Shown: positions 53,879 to 64,000 of the stretch, piece after piece
Numbering within the stretch: position 1 is the first letter of the stretch
Layout: every line of letters starts with the position of its first letter
NCBI RefSeq assembly: GCF_006345805.1
Contig: NW_021834220.1
Location: forward strand, 1 to 64,000
Direction: 5' to 3'
Source of the DNA: Octopus sinensis
Taxonomy: Eukaryota
DNA: 64,000 nucleotides
Made by a program: the position numbers and the translations under genes
The notes under the pieces: model-generated
What the model was told of the DNA's origin: nothing
Databases searched by the model: none
What the model saw: only the letters and a program-made list of their open reading frames with translations

Positions 53879-55021
53879 ATATATATTATTACGGAGATGT
53901 ACTCGCATAGCAAGTAATTTGATCTGAGATCGTGTGCTGAAACGAAAACAATTGCAGCGTGGAAGGTGTTTATAAGCCATTTAAGAAACACACAAAAGCC
54001 GTTCGATTCACTTCAACATTTAAGTTTAATTTGTCAAAATATTTTCGTCGCTAAAATATATATATATATATATATGGGCAAGCACTTATCTATTAACTGA
54101 CAAGGGAGACCAACTTTCCTACAGCAAGCGAAGGGCGTCAGAAAATCGATGATTTCAGATTGAATTAATCCTCATCGGTGACACATCTTTTCTTGGGGTT
54201 AAATTGAACTCGCCTTGTCAGTTTATAGAAAATACCATAGAAATCTCCTATGGTATTTTCGAGGAAGAGGTCTAGTAGGCGACTGTATCGACCTCAGTCT
54301 TCGACAGGTACTTAGTTTATCGACCCCGATAGGAAGAAAGGCAGAGTCGGTCTTGTCGTCATTTGAACTCGGAACGTAAAGTCGTAGGAAATGTTGCTAA
54401 GCATTTTTTTCCGGCGCAGTAACGATTCTGCCAGCTCGCTGCCCTATATATGCAGCAGTATTTCTTCATCTCCTTTTCTTACGAGAATAAAAAATTTTTA
54501 ATAAGTACTAGAAAGGAATATAACAGAAATAGGTATTTCGTCTGCCGTTACGTTCTGAGTTCAAATTCAGCAGAGGTCGACTTTGCCTTTCATTCTTTCT
54601 GAGTCGATTAGATAAGTACCAGTTACGCACTGGGATCGATGTAATCAACATAGTCACTTTCCCCCATATTTGAGGCCGTCTGCTTCCAGTAAACAGGTTA
54701 TTTAATCCAGAATTATCTTTGTGAATTACCGAAAATTCCTCATGCCCCACGTGAAATATTTCCCTTGTATCACATGTTGTTATTAAACATTGCCGTCAAG
54801 GGCTTAAGCTGTATTTGTACTTCTAAAATTCCCATGACACTAATTAAAGCAGTAAACTTACGTGACCTTTTATTCAGAGTGTTGCACTCACGATTACAAG
54901 ATTGCAGTTTCGATTCGAGGAGTGAACAGTGAGTTGTTTATTTGAGCAAAACACTTCAGTTCATGTTGATCCTGACAATAAGCTGTATATAAATAAACCT
55001 GAGGCGTATGGGCACCCTGCT

Positions 55022-55572
55022 CGCGAAATTATTTTTCCCACGCGAGTTCCGGACCCCAGTAATGAACTCATTTGCATACAGCCAATCAGATTTCACCTTG
55101 ACCTTGTTGTCAAGTTAACAAGCACACTCTACCAAGTAAACTCAAGACGTCGAACGGTGTTGTAAGTCGACTGATTGCCAAGTTATTCCTGATTTTAGAA
55201 GGAGACAAGTAATTAGATAGATTTGCATCTATACTCATGATCGGATTTTGTTAGGGGCCCGAATGGTAAAGATGTGGATGGGAAAAATGTGGGTAGGGGG
55301 TGATGCGCTTGCAACCCTCTCTCCTTACTGTTTTACAAAGTAAGCAACACAAATAACTATGCAGAGACAGCCATGGTTGAAACAAGAACAAGAACAACAA
55401 GCATTATTAAAAGAGGAAAGAAGCATGGCCGTTCTTTAACCAAATGACCTTATCTTATCGCCCATCACTTGTTATGCGCCCATAAATTAGTTTGAGAGCT
55501 GAGCTCTGATTGGCTGTATGCAAATGAGTTCATAACTGGGGTCCGGAACTCTCGTGGGAAAAAAATCTTCGC
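55022..55572. mobile_element. MITE-like element with long TIRs (second copy), preceded by a SINE head at ~54875-55020
   Basis: Reverse complement of 27190-27700. Confidence 0.85.
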
Positions 55573-56231
55573 ACCTCACTCAGAGGGAACGCTGGGATCT
55601 CAATCATCACATATTCAGCATTGAAGCAAGGTAATCAGCTCTACGAGTTCTAAGACTCGCGTTAAAAATGGCCATGGGTTAACGTTACTAATGAAAAGCA
55701 AAACTACTTCACCATACTTTTAGTACGAAAATTCAAAATTCTACCACATTAAATGTTAATTTCCTGGAAGTTTCCTACATGTTCTTTGAGAGTTGCAAAT
55801 AACGGCTGTTATTTTTGCTTTTTCTATCGCTTTTTCCACCAGAGACTTAAATTTTAATTCATTAAGGAGATTTTGTTTACGTCATTCGGTACAGCATCAA
55901 ATTCTTGATGTATTTAAATTCATAGCATCGGCCCACTTCGAGTATTTCCATTAGCATGACTTTACAGTTTCATACATGTGTATGCGTGCGTGCATGTGTG
56001 TATGTGTCTGCGTGTGCATGTATGTGTGAGTGAGTGAGTGTGTGTGCGAGTCAGGTTTATATATAAACATAAAATATATAAAATGTATAAACGTATATAT
56101 ATACGTGGGTGTATGAATATATACATCTATATCAATGTATATATCTATATATTTCTATTATATATACCTAAATAACAATTATGTATATATATATATTTAA
56201 AATATATATGTATATACATGTATATATATAT

Positions 56232-56265
<34 letters not shown>

Positions 56266-56474
56266 CATACACAAGCATATTTATATATAAACACAGATAT
56301 ACATACACGGTTATATATATATGAAAACGCTTATAAACATACTATATAATATACATACATACAAGCATGCATACCTACAAACATATATACATACATACAT
56401 ACCTACATATATACAAACTAAAATACACACATGCACACTCATATATATATCTATATATATATACACATACTTAT

Positions 56475-56505
<31 letters not shown>

Positions 56506-56516
56506 CATACTTATAG

Positions 56517-56550
<34 letters not shown>

Positions 56551-57066
56551 GCATATACACGCACACACACGTAATGTTTTAAGGAAAGTACGTTGTGAAA
56601 CATAACTGATCTTAAACAATGAACATCGCTGCCTCCCTCCCTCTCTCTCTCTCACTCTTTTCCTCCTTAAGTCTCCATCCCCCACACACTTCCACTAACC
56701 GTCTTCCTCACTATCTCTTATGTTCACTCCCTATCCCTCTTTCTCCCCCTCTCTGTATTTTATCTATATATCTAAATAAATTCAATACCTTCTGTCTGTT
56801 TATTACGGCTTCATCCAATATTTTCTTTCCTGAAACATTAACAAAACAAAACGTTAAGATGAAGCAGAAAGCTACATTATGTATAATAATTTATTACACA
56901 AACGCACACACACGCACACACACACACACACAAAAACACACACAAAAACACACACACACACAAACACACACACAAACACACGCACTTACTCACACATACA
57001 CACTGAAATATGTATGATTATATATGTATGTAGTTATACATATATTTATAATATATATGTATATAT

Positions 57067-57157
<91 letters not shown>

Positions 57158-57261
57158 TATATATATACATATATGATATATATATACATATATGATTATA
57201 GAAATATGTATATACACATATTTATATATATCTATATATAAATGCATACATGCATACATAC

Positions 57262-57331
<70 letters not shown>

Positions 57332-57852
57332 ATACATACATATATACGTGTATGCGTGTATGTATGGCTGGATGTATATTTTATTTTTTTTATCACAACG
57401 AATTTAATTTCCGCTTCAGTAAAAGTAAATGAAAATATAAAGAAAATATGAAAAACGGATAATGAATAACATAAAATTTTATTAAAAACAACAAACAAAA
57501 CTATATATAGATATACAAAAAAACAACAACAAAAAACACCAAAAAAAAACATATAGAGAGACACGAAGATGAGAAGAGGGGAGAGGAAAAATTCGAAAAT
57601 GGAGATGAATGGGAAGATAGAGAAATAGGCAGTATGAAATGAAAGAATGAAAGGACAAAAAGAAGGAAAGAAGGGAAGGAAAGTGAATGAACGAATGAGT
57701 GAATAGATGATGGTGAGAATGAAGTTGGAATGATATTTGGAAGAGGACATGGCTGGAAGAGAAAATAAGGATGTATGTATATTTATATAGATATATATAA
57801 GTATATGTATACTATATATGTTGTATATATAGTTATATGTATATTTAATATG

Positions 57853-57909
<57 letters not shown>

Positions 57910-57949
57910 TATGTTATATATATACATTTATATATATATATATATATAT

Positions 57950-58199
57950 ATATAATACACATACATATATATATACATACATATATATATATATATGTAT
58001 GGATATATATATGGGTGTATAATCTATAACGTAAATGTGTGTTGTGTATAATATTGTGTATAAGTGTATGAGTTTATAATATGCTTGCTGTATGTATATA
58101 CATATACCTACACACACACACATATATATGTATAATATACACTCATATATATATATATATAATAATATATACGTATCTATTTGTATATATATACATATA

Positions 58200-58239
<40 letters not shown>

Positions 58240-58284
58240 CGTATCTATTTGTATATATATACATATATATATATTTATATATAT

Positions 58285-58332
<48 letters not shown>

Positions 58333-58620
58333 TATGTTATATTATACTGTATATATATATAATATATAATATATATACACATACATATTATATACATACA
58401 TATATCTATATATATATGTATGGATATATATATGGGTTGTATATCTATAACGTAAATGTGTGTTGTGATAATATTGTGTATAAGTGTATGAGTTATAATA
58501 TGCTTGCTGGATGTATATACATATACATACACACACACACATATATATGTATATATATACAATCATATATATAGATAGATATATAACGTATCTAGTGTAT
58601 ATATATACATATAATATATT

Positions 58621-58656
<36 letters not shown>

Positions 58657-58720
58657 GTATCTATTTGTATATATATACATATATATATATTATATATATA
58701 TATATATATAATATAATATA
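57950..58720. repeat. Tandem duplication (~420-bp period) within (TA)n-rich sequence
   Basis: atctataacgtaaatgtgtgttgtg...gagtt(t)ataatatgcttgctg at ~58020 and ~58442. Confidence 0.8.
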
Positions 58721-59949
58721 TTATACACACACTATTATGCTTGTCTACATATATACGCTCACACGCTCAAAATGTTACATACATGTGTATATACGAGTAT
58801 AGCTATAAGTATAAAGAGAATTGATGTTATACATGTATACGTTAATATGTGTGTGCATGTGCGTGTTAGTGTATGTATGCATATATACACACATTGCTTT
58901 GTATGTGAACACACGCAAACACATATATACGCACATACACACACATATATATACACACAAATATATATGCATGTACATAAGGGTATGTATCCTGATATAT
59001 ACAAATCTATAATACACACATACGTACGTACGTACATACATACATGCGTACATACATAGTTGAATAAAAGAGGATTCTAGCCAGAAGGATGGATATTAAG
59101 AAAACAGGGGAGCAAAGAAGGTAGAATATGATGATTGAAAGGAAAAGACTGGAGGAAGGAAGGAAGGAAAACCGGCTGAGTTGAACAAAAGACAACACCT
59201 GGAATGAAATGTATGTAGGAGATACAGAGACAGAGATAAACAGGGAGTGAGAGAGCGGGGGGAAAGAGGCAGAGACAGGGTGAGTGAGATATTTGGGTAT
59301 AAAGAATCATGGAAATGTAGATTGATAACTGCAGGGTTTCACATACTGAGCAGGCATAGGTATTTGGTTAAGTCGTTCACTTGTAGTGCCATCCTCGTTC
59401 TTGTTATGCATGCATAAGAAAGGGCTCTCTGCTGTAGATACTTACCACACATTCAGAGGGACTTGTTAGGCGTAAAATGTGTAGAATCCCATTATATACA
59501 TACATACACACATATATACATACATACGTACGTACATACATACATACATACTACAAATATACATACATACATACATGCATACATATAAACATACATACAA
59601 ATATACATAAATCATACATAAATCATACATACATACATACATATATACAAATATACATACATACATACATACATACATGCATACATACGTACATACGTAC
59701 ATGCATACATACATACATACATACATACATACATACATACATACATACATACATACATACATAGTTGAAATTTATAGAAAAACAAAAGTCGAAGGCAGAT
59801 GTATGAACAATAAGCAAGTGCATTAGTTTGACGCTCGGGGATATTGAAAAAAGTCTTTTACGTTTCGAGCCGACGCTCTTCAGCCGAGCCGAAAAGAAAA
59901 AGAGAAAATAAACAGAGCGAAAAAATATATATAGGATGGTTTGACAATT

Positions 59950-60115
59950 TCCTTGCGAAGTGCCTGGTTGGAGGCCCAACCTTCAGTGTTCTTATGCAGG
60001 GTTCAGAAAAACTGAAGAACTGCTGCAATAAGTGTACGAATCTGAGAGCGTAATATGTTGAACAAAATCATATGCTGATTCTCTTGTATTTTCTTTTACC
60101 CAACGCGAAGAACTA
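59950..60115 (+). mobile_element. mariner-derived remnant (transposase C-terminus + TIR)
   Basis: QGSEKLKNCCNKCTNLRA*YVE resembles the mariner C-terminal consensus; a related piece lies at 40773-40890. Confidence 0.6.
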
Positions 60116-60691
60116 TCATCTCTCACTCTCTCTCTCTCTCTCTCTCTATCTATAGATCTTTAATTCCTTCTTTCTCTCTCTTCTCCCCCCTTTGGTGCCT
60201 TTGTCCTCCTTTTTTTTCTCTCTCTTTGATTCCTTTGCCCCCTTTTTTCTCTCTCTTCTCCTCTCACGTGACCGCTGGTCAACCAGCCTTTCGGCTTCTG
60301 ACCACCGCCACGAGAACATAGTTTTCTTCGTCTGCCGAAAAAGGGATTTTTTTCCAAATACGCCAGCTATCTAAGTTGTACTGTCTATAGTCGTAAGACA
60401 CCCGCTGTTTTTGTCCTGTTATTACTATTATTGTTTTTTGTATTTATATTCGTGTGGCATCGTCCGTTTTTCTGTCCTTGTTTCGTATACATTCGATCCT
60501 TTTTCCAAGAAATCTAATGCTCGTAGCCTAGTTTTTCCTTGGGGCTGGCCGGATTGGAGCGATCTCAAGATTAATCAGCCGAAATTGCGAGGATGATCCG
60601 GTTCTTGATTGAAGATTGAAGGCTTCGAATGTCCCGTCCGTGTTTTTTGTATCGTCTTCTAAATGTTTTGCGTTCTTGTCCCTGTTTGTAT

Positions 60692-60729
<38 letters not shown>

Positions 60730-60993
60730 ACCATATATATATATATATATGTATATACGTGCACAGGTACACACACATACATACATATATACACATACCT
60801 CCCACACACAGACGCATAAATTTGTACGTATGTATGTATAAATATTTCTACTTATATACCTGTATATGTATCAAGCCACCTGTTTATGAATGATAGTTAA
60901 CGCAAACACATCGCAAGGAGGCAGATTATCTGCGGCGTTTGCCCTGAGATGATATTTCTTTTGGACGTACCGTGTTTATAAACACTAACATAC

Positions 60994-61115
60994 CTGTAGC
61001 AGACGAAAATCCTGTAACTGTAGCGGCGACAATGCTAGATGTATATTTCTGTGCTTTGTGGCTTTGTCGGTAGTGTGTACTTACTGTCAGCTGCATGGGG
61101 ATACAAAACCTATCG
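60994..61115 (-). CDS. Putative internal exon, 122 nt, phase 2-1: DRFCIPMQLTVSTHYRQSHKAQKYTSSIVAATVTGFSSAT
   Basis: Acceptor ctgttttcttatttcattAG and donor CAG|GTATGT; open frame, phase-compatible with the 39979 exon. Confidence 0.6.
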
Positions 61116-61359
61116 CTAATGAAATAAGAAAACAGTGAGTGAAAAATTGCTGATGTTGCTGTTAGCCGCCTAGTCGAATAAAACTGTGCTACGTGTGTTA
61201 TTTTAATCTAAAACTGCCTGTGTTGTATATAACTGGTATGCATACATACATACATGCATGCATACATACATACATACATACATACATACATAATACATGC
61301 ATACATACATACATACATACATACATACATACATACATACATACATACGTGGGATGGGA

Positions 61360-61694
61360 GACCCCCTTAGGTCATGAATGACCATGGGATTGCACCTAAA
61401 AAGTTACCCTCCCAGGCACAAGTCCGGGCAAGGTTGTTTATGGAAGACCAACAGTCGCCCATGCATACCAGCCTCACCTCTCCACACCACTGATGTTATC
61501 CAAGAGAAAGGCAAGGGTTGATACAACTTGGCACCTGTGATGTCGCAAACTCATTTCTACAGCTGAGTGAACAGGAGCAACGTGAAATAAAGTGTCTTGC
61601 TCAAGAACACAACATGCCGCCCGGTCCGGGAATCGAACTCGCAACCTCACAATCGTAAACTCGACGCTCTAACCACTAAGCCATGCGCCTTCAC
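61360..61694 (-). mobile_element. SINE family C inside (TACA)n
   Basis: Homologous to 47360-47698. Confidence 0.9.
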
Positions 61695-61725
61695 ATATAC
61701 ATACATACATACATACATACATACA

Positions 61726-61754
<29 letters not shown>

Positions 61755-61757
<3 letters not shown>

Positions 61758-61912
61758 CAAAGTGGTATCAGATGATTCCCGGCCTGGTTATATTTAATAA
61801 AGTATAATCTGTTTACCTATTTTAACACCATCTCCCTTGAAATAGTCACCTTGTGTAGCTATACAGCGGTACCAGCTTTCCTGTCGTTTCTGGGATCCGG
61901 CCTGGAAATCGT
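61755..61912 (-). mobile_element. mariner 3' remnant
   Basis: DFQAGSQKRQESWYRCIATQGDYFKGD on the minus strand, then a TIR-like end with TA. Confidence 0.7.
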
Positions 61913-62742
61913 ATTATTTCAAAATGAAAAGTAGATTCGTAAGATTTTGTTTGACAGAGATGGGGACACTACAAAAGACTAAAGCAAGAACACTTAGGCT
62001 TAAATTAAGAGTGAATAAAAGTAATAATTTAAATGAAGAAAAGAGAAGTCAAACTGCCAATTGTTTCCGTAAATGAACAATATTTTTATTCCATATATCG
62101 TACAACGTTATACAATTCATACATTGCTATGTAATGCATGTCATAATTTTTTCCACTTTCTTCTTCGTGACGAAAAGCAATGCTCGAAACGTTACCACCT
62201 CTCTTTTCTTAAACTTTCTCTAAGCGCCAACCTAAAACGTCCTATTGATTTTTGTTGTTTTCCCGTTCCTCATTGTTAATATTTTATTTGTCTATGTATA
62301 TATATACAAATATGTGTGTATGTATGTGTGTATGCGTATGCGCGCGCATGTATGTATGTATTTGTGCATATATATATATGTATATATGGGTCTGTGTGTC
62401 TATGTAAATTTTGTAGTATATGCGTAATTATTATAATTAATTTATTTTGTCGTGTTTGTTTCCGTCATCGTCCTGTAAGTTTGTTAGCTATTCCCAGTGG
62501 CTATTTGCCACTGGCGCCACCAAAATTGAACAATATCAACGTCAAAACCTTGACTGATGAAGAAGTAGCTACTAATTTTCAATTAAGTATATTTGTTAAA
62601 TTTTCCGTTTGCTGTGATTTTGTAAAAATTTTGAAATATATACATACCTATATATATATATATGTATATATATGTATATATATATATATATGTATATATA
62701 TGTATATGAAAGAATGGAGCTGAACGACGAATTAACAAAATT

Positions 62743-62837
62743 CCTTTATTTTCGACATATGTTTCGAAGGCTGCATATTCCTAATTGCGAAGGAATAAGG
62801 AGTACATTATGCCGTTTTCTCATCAGGAAAAGCAAGG
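62743..62837 (-). ncRNA. Type I hammerhead ribozyme motif with long stem-loop II (HHR-E)
   Basis: Minus strand CCTTGCTTTTC-CTGATGA-GAA...GCATA...TATGC..TTC-GAAA-CATATG-TC-GAAAATAAAGG; same element family as 6635-6835. Confidence 0.85.
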
Positions 62838-62906
62838 AAGTTATGTCAACATCAAAATGCACAAAAAACTTTCAGATGATTGCTCACACGGAGCCCATAG
62901 CGGTAA

Positions 62907-62957
<51 letters not shown>

Positions 62958-62983
62958 TGTGTTTGTATACGCACAGACATAGG

Positions 62984-63433
62984 AGAATTTGTTTTTGAAA
63001 ATGCACCTGAATTTGAAAAACGTAGTTGTTTTTAAATAAATTTATTTACATACATACCAAATTAGTTTCAAGAAATTACTGTTTATCAATGGCATAAACG
63101 TATACCGTTGATAAAATTCTCGACGAAGAATATAAAAAAAATGTGGATTATTAAAAGTTCGGTCATATTGAGTTATTATAGAATACGAAGACCTATTCTA
63201 TAATATTGGTATTATCTACCCATGTCATTGAATTTTGTGAACATTTAATCATTTAAGCATGTTTTCTACTGCGTAATTTTAAAATTCTGTTACAATACCA
63301 TTGTTTTATTTACGTTTACACCATTGATAAATTTAAAAAACTGTTGAAATTTGTTTCGTATGTATGTAAATAAATTTATTCAAAAATAACTACAAGTTTT
63401 TGATATGTTTGTGCATTTTCAAAAACAAATTCT
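62984..63433. mobile_element. Foldback/MITE-like element with ~125-bp imperfect TIRs
   Basis: agaatttgtttttgaaaatgcac...aaataaatttatttacatacatac is mirrored by gtatgtatgtaaataaatttatt...gtgcattttcaaaaacaaattct. Confidence 0.8.
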
Positions 63434-63488
63434 ATAATTTTCCCTTCTTTCCATATGTGTGTGCGTGTGTGTTCTTGTGTATGTGTGA

Positions 63489-63527
<39 letters not shown>

Positions 63528-63792
63528 GTGTGTGTAAATGCTTTTGTGTGTCTGTGTGTATTTATGTGTTCTTGTGCGTGGGGGTAGCTGGGAGTGTAAG
63601 CGTTAATGGTTACCGCTGTAAAAAAGTCATTTGTAAAACGAGAGACATAATTGTGTACTTGATAAGGTTGTTGTCCAGCTACACGGTTTCGCATTCAGTG
63701 TGAATCTGCAGCATCCTGTGTCTTCAATTATGGCCCCGTGTCAATCCATGCCTTGTGAGAAAAATAGACAGAATAAAACAGTGCAGAAGCCC

Positions 63793-63829
<37 letters not shown>

Positions 63830-64000
63830 TTTTTTACTTGTTTCGTTCCTTTGACTGCGGTCATGCTGCAGCAGCACCTTGAAGTGTTTTAGTCGAACAA
63901 GTCGACCCTAGGATTTAGTTTTTAAAGCCTTTAAGTTATCTTTAGGTTTCTTTTGCTGAACCACCGAGTTACAGGGACGTAAACACATAAACACCGGTTA

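Noticed and set aside
57950-58720. Tandem duplication as a biological novelty
   Set aside because: It lies in noisy (TA)n sequence where long-read consensus errors are likely, so it is kept only as a repeat feature.

Overview
Repeat-dense, AT-rich eukaryotic (metazoan) genomic DNA. The SINE families and the extreme (TA)n/(CA)n/(TACA)n/(TAA)n load point to a coleoid cephalopod, most likely Octopus (inference). Almost every ORF in the supplied track is a microsatellite artefact. Supported content: (1) three phase-compatible minus-strand exons (60994-61115, 39896-39979, 38948-38994) that join into an S/T-rich stalk plus hydrophobic C-terminus, i.e. the 3' end of a probable GPI-anchored surface protein gene with an intron of up to ~21 kb; (2) a 5'-truncated R4/Dong-type RT-RLE non-LTR retrotransposon in a (TAA)n array, with three in-frame stops, plus a non-coding TAA-targeted partner repeat; (3) decayed maT/mariner, RTE, Tx1/L1-like, Helitron/Helentron, hAT and Tigger relics; (4) dozens of tRNA-derived SINEs of three families, some as multimers. 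The most notable unannotated signal is a set of type I hammerhead ribozyme motifs (five with complete core motifs, four degenerate). Six have a greatly expanded stem/loop II, all have a short (near-)palindromic stem III, and they sit in short non-coding elements next to microsatellites and near fold-back inverted repeats, consistent with Penelope-like/retrozyme-like mobile RNAs. All structures were paired by eye; repeat boundaries are approximate.
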